In this document: positions 42,581 to 50,926 of the stretch, one piece after another
Numbering within the stretch: the first letter of the stretch is position 1
Layout of the letters: every line of letters begins with the position of its first letter
Assembly (NCBI GenBank): GCA_038729465.1
Contig: JAVYRZ010000001.1
Coordinates: 101,361-165,360 of the forward strand
DNA: 64,000 nucleotides
Direction: 5' to 3'
Origin: Thermoplasmata archaeon
GTDB taxonomy: Archaea > Thermoplasmatota > Thermoplasmata > Thermoplasmatales > ARK-15
Program-made: the position numbers and the translations under genes
The notes under the pieces: model-generated
The model's input: the letters and a program-made list of their open reading frames with translations, nothing else
Told to the model about the DNA's origin: nothing
Database searches by the model: none

Positions 42581-42843
42581 ATTAGGGTCATATCTTCAAT
42601 CTCCACATCTCCAACTCCTTTGATACCCCTTATTATCTGCTCTAACTTATCAGATGCACCATCCTCATCTTTTGTTATTAGAGCGATATTTATTGCATTT
42701 AATCCATATGCAATAGGCCTTACTTGAACACCCCTTATCTTTACAACAGGTTCTAAAGTTTGAATGATTCTATTTTTTAGATCTTGAATATCATCCTCTA
42801 CATTTTCAGGCATTATCTTGATTATTATTGATACATTTGCCAT
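42577..42843 (-). CDS. Elongation factor 1-beta (aEF-1B)
   Basis: The 88-aa product starting MANVSIIIKIMPE... fits aEF-1beta in size and pattern. The track ORF (to 42960) has a spurious N-terminal extension that overlaps the upstream zinc-ribbon gene. Confidence 0.75.
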   Translation of the reverse strand: MANVSIIIKIMPENVEDDIQDLKNRIIQTLEPVVKIRGVQVRPIAYGLNAINIALITKDEDGASDKLEQIIRGIKGVGDVEIEDMTLI

Positions 42844-42860
42844 ATTAAAGTCACACCTTT

Positions 42861-43025
42861 TCAAGGACCTACAAAGCCACAGTGAGGGCATGTGTAAGGC
42901 ACACCCATTTCTCTGCAGTTTTTGCATCTCCCTATTTCTGCTTCTCCACAGTTTGGGCATTTAAATACAGTAGTTCCTTCGCCTACCAATCCTTTACCGC
43001 ATGAAGTACAAAACTCAATACTCAT
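42861..43025 (-). CDS. Small zinc-ribbon protein (54 aa) commonly found upstream of aEF-1beta; not in the ORF track
   Basis: Translation [54 protein letters not shown], with four CxxC pairs. Confidence 0.65.
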   Translation of the reverse strand: MSIEFCTSCGKGLVGEGTTVFKCPNCGEAEIGRCKNCREMGVPYTCPHCGFVGP

Positions 43026-43161
43026 TAAATTCACCTTTTTTATATAGAGAAATAATATTAATAATAAATACTTTTCTTAAATAAAAGAGCAATATCCTTT
43101 TTCATAAATTTTGTCTGATATTTATAGTCTTTCCGAAAATTGTTTAAACGTGGATAGTTAT

Positions 43162-44619
43162 ATGGGAGATGTGAATGAATTTTTAAGCAGAGCAAAATAC
43201 ATTGCTGAGCAGATAAAAAAAGAGAAAAAAGTGAAAGTTGTATCGCATATTGACGCAGATGGTATCTGTGCGGCAAGCATTGCTGTAAAAGCTTTACAGA
43301 ATGCAAATATTGAATATGACGTTCAGTTCGTAAAACAGTTTGACAATGCTATCATTGAGAAATTGAAAAATGAAAACGCACCAATGGTCTGGATCACAGA
43401 CTTGGGAAGTGGAAGCATCCATCTTCTTGGCGGTATAAATGCCGTAGTTACAGATCACCATGCGCCAAGTCAATTAAGCATTGAAGTTCCAAGAGAAAAA
43501 AGAAAAGACCTGAAAACATTTTTTGAAGAAATTGAACGGACTGAAATATTGCATTTAAACCCCCACTTATTTGGTAAAAACGGTGCAACTGACATAAGCG
43601 GAGCCGGAACAACATATCTTATTGCCAGAGAAATGGACAAAAAAAATGTAGAGATGTCTGCCATGGCTATAGTAGGGGCGGTGGGAGATCTACAAGATAC
43701 TGTATATTCTCGTTTAACAGGAACAAATAGAATTATATTGAAAGAAGGGAAGGATCACGGATATATTGATTACTTTATTGATGCCAGGTTTTTTGGTAAA
43801 GAAACAAGACCTATATATAAGATGTTGCAGTACAGTATGGATCCAGTCATTCCAACAATATCCAATGATCAGAATGGAGCTATTCAGTTTTTAGAAAAAT
43901 TAAACATACCTTTAAAAAATAATGAGAACTGGGTTCGTTGGATAGATATATCAATTGAAGATAAAAGAAAAGTTTTATCTGAATTAGCGATATTATTGTT
44001 AAAGATGGGGTATGGATCTTTAACAGTAGAGAGGTTGATAGGAGAAGTATATATTTTATCTAAAGAGAATTCAGGTACCCCGCTCAGGGATGCAAAAGAG
44101 TATGCTACCTTATTAAACTCATGCGGGAGGTATGACCAGGCAGAGATAGGTCTTAACGTTGCATTAGGAGATCGGGAGGAATACTACAAAAAAGCCATCA
44201 CGTTGCTGAATAGGCACAGAAAGACAATAGTAGACAGTATAAATGTAGTAAAAGATGTAGGTATAGTAAAACTTGAAAAAGTACAATATTTTCATGCAGG
44301 CAATAACATACCAGAAACAGTAGTGGGAACTGTTGCATCAATGGCACTCTCTTCAGGCATTGCTGATCCTGACATCCCTATAATAGGATTTGCAGAGACA
44401 GATAACGGAATGATCAAAGTATCTGTAAGAGCTCCTAGAGGAATGGTAGATAGGGGTTTAGATCTTTCAGAGGTAATGAGCTATGCCGCAAAACAAGTAG
44501 GTGGTTATGGTGGTGGTCATAACGTTGCAGCAGGTGCATCTATTCCACGTGGTAGAGAAGAGGAATTCATCACTATTGTAAATATAAAAATAGGCAAAAT
44601 GATTGAAAAAGTTAATTAA
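43162..44619 (+). CDS. Archaeal RecJ-like DHH/DHHA1 nuclease (RecJ/Cdc45/GAN family)
   Basis: DHH motifs VSHIDADGICAA, ITDLG, TDHH and the DHHA1 GGGHNVAAGA. ATG at 43162 preferred to the TTG at 43111. Confidence 0.75.
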   Translation: MGDVNEFLSRAKYIAEQIKKEKKVKVVSHIDADGICAASIAVKALQNANIEYDVQFVKQFDNAIIEKLKNENAPMVWITDLGSGSIHLLGGINAVVTDHHAPSQLSIEVPREKRKDLKTFFEEIERTEILHLNPHLFGKNGATDISGAGTTYLIAREMDKKNVEMSAMAIVGAVGDLQDTVYSRLTGTNRIILKEGKDHGYIDYFIDARFFGKETRPIYKMLQYSMDPVIPTISNDQNGAIQFLEKLNIPLKNNENWVRWIDISIEDKRKVLSELAILLLKMGYGSLTVERLIGEVYILSKENSGTPLRDAKEYATLLNSCGRYDQAEIGLNVALGDREEYYKKAITLLNRHRKTIVDSINVVKDVGIVKLEKVQYFHAGNNIPETVVGTVASMALSSGIADPDIPIIGFAETDNGMIKVSVRAPRGMVDRGLDLSEVMSYAAKQVGGYGGGHNVAAGASIPRGREEEFITIVNIKIGKMIEKVN

Positions 44620-44644
44620 TATTATTGATTTTAGAGATTTTATA

Positions 44645-44717
44645 GGGCCGGTAGATCAGCTGGTAGATCGTTTGCTTCGCAAGCAAAAGGCCTCGGGTTC
44701 AAATCCCGACCGGTCCA
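44645..44717 (+). tRNA. tRNA-Ala (anticodon CGC)
   Basis: Acceptor gggccgg/ccggtcc with the G3:U70 identity pair, anticodon stem tttgc/gcaaa with loop ttCGCaa, T arm tcggg-ttcaaat-cccga. Confidence 0.9.
44699..44717 (+). repeat. attL-like core: last 19 nt of tRNA-Ala (tcaaatcccgaccggtcca)
   Basis: Repeated at 47783-47801 with one mismatch. Confidence 0.8.
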
Positions 44718-45131
44718 TTTAGTAATTATTGGAATAATTTAAGTCTAGATTCTTTGAATATCTTAAAATGATTATCTAGAGTGTAAAAATTATAACAGTT
44801 ATCGATTGCATATATTTTGACCACTTTTTATATACCATTCTACGTGGGCTTATCATTCCTTATAATTTGATATAGTCTTATCAATATATTATGTATTGAG
44901 TATACATCATGTCCTTTATTTGGAAGATAAAGAAACATTCAGGAACACAACTTGAAAAGGTAGAATCTATATTTGAGAATGGACAAACAAGGCAGAAGGT
45001 CTATTACTACATAGGAAAGTAGATTGAAGGAAAGCCTGTTTAGAGAATTGTATCAAAATCCGTCAGAGTGAAGCTTTGGGCGGATCATACGTATGCACCA
45101 AAATGTGTGCATGTTAACTTTTGGTGATTGT

Positions 45132-45404
45132 ATGAACCTCGTGGAACGTTTCGTTATCATCCTCATTTCTTTCATTTCCCTGGGATTTTTTTATCAATAC
45201 AATATTGGAACAAACAACTTACCACTTTATTCAATTTTCCTTAGAATTCTGTGGTTAGAACTAACGATTAGCTTATTAGTATATACCGTATTTAAAATGG
45301 ACACGAAAAGATATCCATTCTTATTAGGCTTATTTACTTTTGGAGGTCTATGGTTTATTATTAAGCACAGAAATAAGCAAGTATGGTTTACTAAGCTAAG
45401 ATAG
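45132..45404 (+). CDS. Small membrane protein (about 3 TM), island cargo
   Basis: Hydrophobic segments FVIILISFISLGFF, ILWLELTISLLVYTVF and FLLGLFTFGGLWFII. The start is uncertain (track start 45093). Confidence 0.4.
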   Translation: MNLVERFVIILISFISLGFFYQYNIGTNNLPLYSIFLRILWLELTISLLVYTVFKMDTKRYPFLLGLFTFGGLWFIIKHRNKQVWFTKLR

Positions 45405-45590
45405 AGCAAAATTCCTTTATAAGGCCCTTTGTCGAAAAGTGTGTAACTTGAATATAAGCCGTTTGATCCGATTTTTATTTGATTTTATGCTTGTCGGTAA
45501 TATTTATATTGAAAACGATTTAAGCAATAAAACGCAGGTTTTATTTCAATTTCTTTGACATTTTCCGATACAAGAAAGTGTATGTAAAAA

Positions 45591-45603
45591 TTTATATATA
45601 AAA
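45591..45603 (+). promoter_or_regulatory. TATA-box-like element (tttatatataaaa) about 26 nt upstream of the 45622 ATG, compatible with a leaderless transcript
   Basis: Position and sequence relative to the ATG only. No experimental support. Confidence 0.35.
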
Positions 45604-45621
45604 TAGTCATATTTATATTGT

Positions 45622-46263
45622 ATGACTTGCAGTAATTGTTTTGATTCAAAGGGAAGGAAAATAACCAAGATAAGTGTACCACATACAGAGACCTATGAGC
45701 TCGGGAAAGCTAAAGCAACTGAGGGAGTTACTGTTGTGCAATTTAAGGAAGGCCCTGCGGCAATCCTCAACTGGAAATATATCATTGAGGGAGAAACTTC
45801 ATCAAACGCTTCAATTACATACATAATACAACACAACGGGAAAACAATAACAAACAAGTTCAAGACAAAGTATGTTGACACTATCAGTGGCAAAAAAATT
45901 GTTCATGTTGAAGGAAGTGGGTTGAGCTCAGATGGCAAAGTTACTATCACAAACAAGAATGTTGCTCTTTCAAACGTGAAATCAGACCCAAACGCTATTG
46001 AATGCCTTATTTGCCACGCACTTGGAACTGTGCTTTGTACCATTCTTGCTGATGGAGTTTCAGAAGATTTGGCTTGTGAAGAAGCATCAGCTATTGTTTG
46101 CCTAGAATTCATTGAGGACCCTATAGTTTATGTTGTCTGTTTTGGGGTTGTGGCATCTATCTGCGATGTTGTTCTTCAGACAATAATAGATATCGGTGTC
46201 CATGTGGCTTGCGAATTAGGTGCTGATTATATATGTGAGAAAGCAACGGGGTGCTCTCTGTGA
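45622..46263 (+). CDS. Halocin C8-like archaeocin precursor candidate: beta-rich N-terminal domain + hydrophobic C-terminal domain with 10 Cys
   Basis: 213 aa. Residues about 128-211 (CLICHALGTVLC...ACEE...IVC...VVC...SIC...VAC...YICEKATGC) contain exactly 10 Cys in a hydrophobic 84-aa stretch, resembling the 10-Cys mature HalC8 peptide as I recall it. Confidence 0.55.
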   Translation: MTCSNCFDSKGRKITKISVPHTETYELGKAKATEGVTVVQFKEGPAAILNWKYIIEGETSSNASITYIIQHNGKTITNKFKTKYVDTISGKKIVHVEGSGLSSDGKVTITNKNVALSNVKSDPNAIECLICHALGTVLCTILADGVSEDLACEEASAIVCLEFIEDPIVYVVCFGVVASICDVVLQTIIDIGVHVACELGADYICEKATGCSL

Positions 46264-46306
46264 TACATTTGAATAGCTATACTCACACATAAGAAGGTGT
46301 CTTTCT

Positions 46307-46834
46307 ATGAGGTATAGGTTGGTTTATATAGGTTTAGGCATCGCAATTATGGTTGTTGACACCGTGTTCGCTCTCAGATACCCACGAATCTTAATTTACA
46401 GTTTCTTTGGATCTTATATTGGATTCTTTATACCATTTGGAATAGGTCTATCAACTTTCCTGTATGGTGTATTTAAGGCACGGGATTACGGAATAAACAC
46501 TGCAATGGGGATTTTGGGCTCTGGAGGATTTACAAGGGTCCTGAGACAAAACAGAATACAAGGAACCAGAACATGGAAAACTGACCATGATATCCTCTCT
46601 GAACTTCCAGGTGCAGTAAAATCACCCGACGGAAAAACTGTAGAATACAGTAATCTCTTCATTAGAAAGCCCTATGGAACAACAAAATATTCAAGAAGAC
46701 TTAACGAAGCCGCTAATAAATACCTAAATGGTGAATTGGATGATGAAGGCTTTTATAAGTACATCGGAAAGCACGGTTCAAAAGAGGAGCAGATGCTCGA
46801 TTTCATTAAGAAATTTAAGAATGCTTATAAATGA
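46307..46834 (+). CDS. Membrane protein (3 N-terminal TM + about 90-aa basic soluble tail), island cargo
   Basis: ORF with the hydrophobic segments LVYIGLGIAIMVVDTVFAL, ILIYSFFGSYIGFFIPFGIGLSTFLYGVF. No recognised domain. Confidence 0.45.
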   Translation: MRYRLVYIGLGIAIMVVDTVFALRYPRILIYSFFGSYIGFFIPFGIGLSTFLYGVFKARDYGINTAMGILGSGGFTRVLRQNRIQGTRTWKTDHDILSELPGAVKSPDGKTVEYSNLFIRKPYGTTKYSRRLNEAANKYLNGELDDEGFYKYIGKHGSKEEQMLDFIKKFKNAYK

Positions 46835-46843
46835 AGTGGTAAA

Positions 46844-47092
46844 ATGGTTAGATTTCATCCAGTAAACCGGACAATGACAATTGGTACGTTCATGTTTATC
46901 GTATCTTTGATCGTGCTGGCAATTGGTTCTATATCCCATACCAATGGAACAGTCTTAGCTTACTGTTTTCTGTACGGAGGTCTTGCTTTCCTAGTCTCCT
47001 TAATCTTGTTGACAATAGGCTTAATACTGGGGGCTAGAAGCGGAAAGTTGCAAAGGAGAGGCAGTGATATATTCCACAAAGAGAAGAAATAA
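46844..47092 (+). CDS. Small 2-TM protein, island cargo
   Basis: 82 aa with hydrophobic segments TIGTFMFIVSLIVLAIG and AYCFLYGGLAFLVSLILLTIGLILGA. Confidence 0.45.
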   Translation: MVRFHPVNRTMTIGTFMFIVSLIVLAIGSISHTNGTVLAYCFLYGGLAFLVSLILLTIGLILGARSGKLQRRGSDIFHKEKK

Positions 47093-47130
47093 AATGTTTG
47101 TTAAGCATGTTAGAATAGCTTGGTGATAAA

Positions 47131-47388
47131 ATGAAAGATAAACTAGGTGAAGATGTTAGTCCTGTAAAGATAGGATTTTTCATTGCATTTGTAGTTGTAC
47201 TTGCCTTTGGACTAATTTCTGTGTTTATATTGCATTCACATATACTTGCTTTCATTACAATTCCTTTGATTTTCATACTCTTCATCATAACGGTCATTTT
47301 TCAATATAAAGATGTAAAAAGTGGTGCTTATCAGAGAAAGATGGACAAACTCTGGCAGAACACAAAGGATAAATATTATAGGAAGTGA
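47131..47388 (+). CDS. Small 2-TM protein, island cargo
   Basis: 85 aa with hydrophobic segments IGFFIAFVVVLAFGLISVFIL and ILAFITIPLIFILFIITVIF. Confidence 0.45.
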   Translation: MKDKLGEDVSPVKIGFFIAFVVVLAFGLISVFILHSHILAFITIPLIFILFIITVIFQYKDVKSGAYQRKMDKLWQNTKDKYYRK

Positions 47389-47633
47389 GAATTATGATAA
47401 ACTCTGAAAAAATCCTTTTGAAAGCGGGTATTTATGCCCTTCTCGTATATTCTCTTATTTCTATAGTATCGTATTTTGCACTTTACTTTAGAAAAATAGG
47501 TAATTTTACAAACTTGCTGAATTCTGGTATCGATGTTTTGCTTTTCATTCCGCTGTATGTAATAATTTTAGTATTGTATTTCTCCTACATCAGGGTAATC
47601 GATAGAAATGGTCAACATGGAAAAACTCTGTGA
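47385..47633 (+). CDS. Small 2-TM protein, island cargo
   Basis: 82 aa. 4-nt overlap with the preceding ORF. Hydrophobic segments AGIYALLVYSLISIVSYFALYF and VLLFIPLYVIILVLYF. Confidence 0.45.
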   Translation: MRIMINSEKILLKAGIYALLVYSLISIVSYFALYFRKIGNFTNLLNSGIDVLLFIPLYVIILVLYFSYIRVIDRNGQHGKTL

Positions 47634-47778
47634 AAGCTTAAAAGACGGAAACCTATAAACTCAAATAATAACCTGGAATTTCCATTAATGGATAAGAATC
47701 AGGTCTAAGTGTAATTCAAAATATTTTATTGCTTTATTTTAGGTAATAGATCCTTATTTTTAGTATCCCCTTAAAACT

Positions 47779-48257
47779 TTAATCAAATACCGACCGGTCC
47801 ACACCATCCAGATCCACTAGTTTTTGTACTGTCAGAAAAAAGTTCGATTTTCTCACCTCGTTTATGGCGTCATCTCGAGATGGATGCAGATAGATCTGCG
47901 TACTAGACAGGTTTCTATGCCTAATAATAGAGCAACATAATAGACAGACAGTCCTTTTTTCAATAATTCTGTGGCATAGGTATGCCTGGCCATATGCAGG
48001 TGAAACTTGACCTCAGCTTTTAAGGATATACGTTCGCAGAGGCTTCTGAAATAGTCATACCTCATCTTTCCTATTTTTGTAGTGAAAAGATACTTTTTAG
48101 TAGTGTGTAATCTCACTTTCAGATACTCATCAATTGCATATCTGAATGCGACACACAACATAATGAAAAAAGCAATTTCCGAAGCATTTAGAGGCGGGAT
48201 AGAGAGTATTGGGTTATACCCGCAAAATTTAAGCATCAAAGAGATTATAACTTTCAA
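47779..48257 (-). pseudogene. Tyrosine recombinase (integrase) remnant: N-terminally truncated and frameshifted
   Basis: The track ORF carries HLHMARHTYATELLKKG...LLLG. After an apparent 1-nt deletion near 47919/47920, the adjacent frame reads HRNLSSTQIYLH (box II with catalytic Tyr codon at 47890-47892). That frame continues through the att repeat to a stop at 47779-47781. Confidence 0.75.
47783..47801 (+). repeat. attR-like copy of the tRNA-Ala 3' end (tcaaataccgaccggtcca, 18/19 identical)
   Basis: Direct comparison with 44699-44717. It lies inside the 3' coding end of the integrase pseudogene. Confidence 0.8.
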
Positions 48258-48367
48258 AGATGGCTGTTAACATGGTTAACAAAAATCATAACCTGGTCAT
48301 TGAGAAGACAGGAAAGCATAAAATTAATATTCTCAAAAAGGTTTAGGTCATTGTCAAGTAAACCTTT

Positions 48368-48772
48368 TTGATAGAAGGAAAGAAGATAGATATGACAGGT
48401 TGGTATTTTGATCATTCAAAAGGAAAGCAAGTATTTGGTTTGCAGCTAGTTAATTCTGTTTATTCGGAGGGCTATGGAATATATCCAATAATATTAACAC
48501 CTTACAAAAAAAATAACAGCACAGAGAAATACAGATCAAAAATAGAGAATCAAAAAGATAACATCAAAAAGTGTTTAGATAACAATTTGAAATTTAGCAC
48601 AGTAGTAATGGATAACTGGTATTTTAGTAATGATTCAGTGCAATATATAGAATCATTTAGGGAGAGCAGGGTTGCAGAGACGAAACTAAATCGATTAATT
48701 AACGTAGCTGATGAATTAGTAAAGAAGAGTATTTCAAATGCATATAAATCAACAATGGCGTTAAAAACATGA
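48368..48772 (+). pseudogene. DDE transposase fragment (IS4/IS701-like), truncated
   Basis: 134 aa containing the VVMDNWYFSNDSV-type second-Asp region and a GWYFDHSKGK segment. Full-length enzymes are about three times longer. Out-of-frame debris (LVIEKTGKH) lies upstream at about 48272-48343. Confidence 0.5.
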
Positions 48773-48797
48773 AAAACGCAAAATAGCAGTAAATAAT

Positions 48798-50846
48798 ATG
48801 AAAATTGATGAAATAGACTTACCGGATAATATTCTGGAGATATTCAAAAAAGAGGGTTTAAATGAGCTTTATCCTCCTCAAGTAGATGCCGTGCCTAAAA
48901 TTTTTGAAGGCAAAAATTTAGTGGTTGCAATACCGACAGCAAGTGGCAAGAGTCTTTTAGCCTATTTAGCAATATTGCGTGGATTTTTGAGAGGTATGAA
49001 GTCTATTTATGTAGTTCCATTGAGAGCACTAGCATCTGAAAAATATGAGGATCTCAAAAAATTTGAGGCGATAGGATTAAATGTAAAACTAGCAATTGGT
49101 AACTACGATTCATCTACTAACAGTGTTAAAGATGCAGATGTAGTGGTAGCCACGTCTGAAAAATTTGATTCGTTGATTCGTCATGATTTTAACTATCTTT
49201 ACGATCTTGGAGTTATAGTGATTGATGAAATACATCTGTTAAAAGATCCGGATAGGGGGCCAACATTAGAAATGATTTTAACGAAAATAAAATCACTTAA
49301 TACAAATGCTCAACTAATTGCATTATCTGCCACCATAAAAAATTATAAAGAGCTTGCAAAGTGGCTCAATGCGGAGTATATATATAGTGAATTCAGACCA
49401 GTACCTTTGAAAGTTGGTATCTATGAGCCTGCAGAAGAATTGTTGAGATTTGGTACAGGAGAGATGATAGAGGTAGTACCAGACAAGTTAGTTATTGGGA
49501 ATTTGGTTAGTCGTGCTCTAGAAAACGAAGGACAGGTACTGATATTTGTTAATACTAGAAATGCTGCAGAGAATCTTGCAGAGATGCTAAGGAATAAAGC
49601 AAGCAAATATATCAAAAGCAAGGTAGTTTATGAACCGACTGATGAAAATGTTTATGATGAAAAAATAAAAGAGAATATATCCTATGGTGTTTGTTTTCAT
49701 CATGCTGGTTTGTCTAATAAGCAGAGAAAAGAGATTGAGGACATGTTTAAGGCAAGGAAGATAAAGATACTAACTGCAACGCCTACGCTTGCAGCGGGGG
49801 TAAATTTACCATCAAGAACAGTCATAGTTAGAGACATCACTAGATTTGATGGCGGGAGATCAGTAAGGATTCCTTACATAGAATTAAAACAGATGTTAGG
49901 CAGAGCTGGAAGGCCAAAATATGATAAATATGGAGAGGCAATAATAGTTTCCAAAAAAAGCGACCTAGATTTTGAAGAACTAGAGGAAATAGAGGAAATA
50001 GAGTCATATTTAGGAGATATGACCACATTGAAAAATAACCTATTAGGATTGATATCATCAGGGATGGTAAAGACAGAGCTTGAAATTTATGATTTTTTTA
50101 GAAAGAGTTTTTATGGGCTCAGTGAGGATGTCAAGGTACTAGAGTCACATATTTCTGAATTATTGAGTTTTTTGGAAGAGCATGGGTTCATTGAAAACAA
50201 AAGGATCATAAAGGCCACAGTATTTGGCAAGAAAGTTTCTGATCTTTACATAAGTCCAGATACAGCACTTTTGTATAGAGATTCTTTCGATTATAACTAT
50301 GATCAGTTAAGTGTATTATACACTATATCAGATAGCTTGGAAATGATCCCATTATTCTGCAAAAAGACAGAAATAGAAGGTTTGGATTTTATAAAAAACA
50401 AGAAGATAGAAGAAAAATGCGAGTTTTTTAAGGATAGAGAAATAGATTATAACTCTTTAAAGACTGCGTTAATGTTATCAGACTGGATCAATGAACTAAG
50501 CATTGATCAGATAATATACAGATATGTGATAGGACCCGGTGACATACATTCAAAAGTTGAAATTGCAGAATGGTTACTATACTCTTATCTAGAGCTTGGC
50601 AGGGTTGAAAGATATAAACATTTAGAAAATGTAAAAGAACTGTGGGAGCGAGTAAAATACGGGACATCACGGGAATTAATCCCATTAACTGAAATAAAGG
50701 GAGTTGGGAGAGTTAGAGCAAGAAGGCTGTACGATGCAGGGTTCATAGACTTGCAGGCAATCAAAAATGCCAGTGTTGAAGATCTGGCGAGAATACCTGG
50801 CATTGGATTATCACTAGCCAATAGCATTAAGAAGCAGGTTGAGTAA
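48798..50846 (+). CDS. hel308: Ski2-like DNA helicase Hel308/Hjm
   Basis: 682 aa with AIPTASGKS, DEIH, SAT, HHAGL, TPTLAAGVNLP and QMLGRAGRP motifs and a C-terminal HhH domain (GIGLSLANSI). Confidence 0.9.
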   Translation: MKIDEIDLPDNILEIFKKEGLNELYPPQVDAVPKIFEGKNLVVAIPTASGKSLLAYLAILRGFLRGMKSIYVVPLRALASEKYEDLKKFEAIGLNVKLAIGNYDSSTNSVKDADVVVATSEKFDSLIRHDFNYLYDLGVIVIDEIHLLKDPDRGPTLEMILTKIKSLNTNAQLIALSATIKNYKELAKWLNAEYIYSEFRPVPLKVGIYEPAEELLRFGTGEMIEVVPDKLVIGNLVSRALENEGQVLIFVNTRNAAENLAEMLRNKASKYIKSKVVYEPTDENVYDEKIKENISYGVCFHHAGLSNKQRKEIEDMFKARKIKILTATPTLAAGVNLPSRTVIVRDITRFDGGRSVRIPYIELKQMLGRAGRPKYDKYGEAIIVSKKSDLDFEELEEIEEIESYLGDMTTLKNNLLGLISSGMVKTELEIYDFFRKSFYGLSEDVKVLESHISELLSFLEEHGFIENKRIIKATVFGKKVSDLYISPDTALLYRDSFDYNYDQLSVLYTISDSLEMIPLFCKKTEIEGLDFIKNKKIEEKCEFFKDREIDYNSLKTALMLSDWINELSIDQIIYRYVIGPGDIHSKVEIAEWLLYSYLELGRVERYKHLENVKELWERVKYGTSRELIPLTEIKGVGRVRARRLYDAGFIDLQAIKNASVEDLARIPGIGLSLANSIKKQVE

Positions 50847-50926
50847 ATTATATATATGAAGAATAAACTAATAGAAATATTTATATAGCGATTTGCACTC
50901 TCATGCAATTAGTCAATCATTAATCA

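Larger units (their letters stand above)
44718..47782 (+). mobile_element. 3.1-kb integrated cargo segment bounded by the tRNA-Ala 3'-end direct repeats (no intact integrase inside)
   Basis: Bounded by the direct repeats. All six ORFs are on the + strand, none is a housekeeping gene, and a decayed integrase lies next to the distal repeat. Confidence 0.6.

Noticed and set aside
42844-42960. N-terminal extension of track ORF 42577-42960 ([13 protein letters not shown]...).
   Set aside because: aEF-1beta is about 88 aa and starts at MANVS (42843). The extension is the out-of-frame shadow of the 54-aa zinc-ribbon gene at 42861-43025.
44909-45092. Short + strand ORF fragments just after tRNA-Ala (MSFIWKIKKHSGTQLEKVESIFENGQTRQKVYYYIGK*, then IEGKPV*...). 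They might be remains of a first-element integrase or another phage-like gene.
   Set aside because: The fragments are broken by stops within 40 codons and have no recognisable catalytic motif. I cannot assign them to any family by eye.
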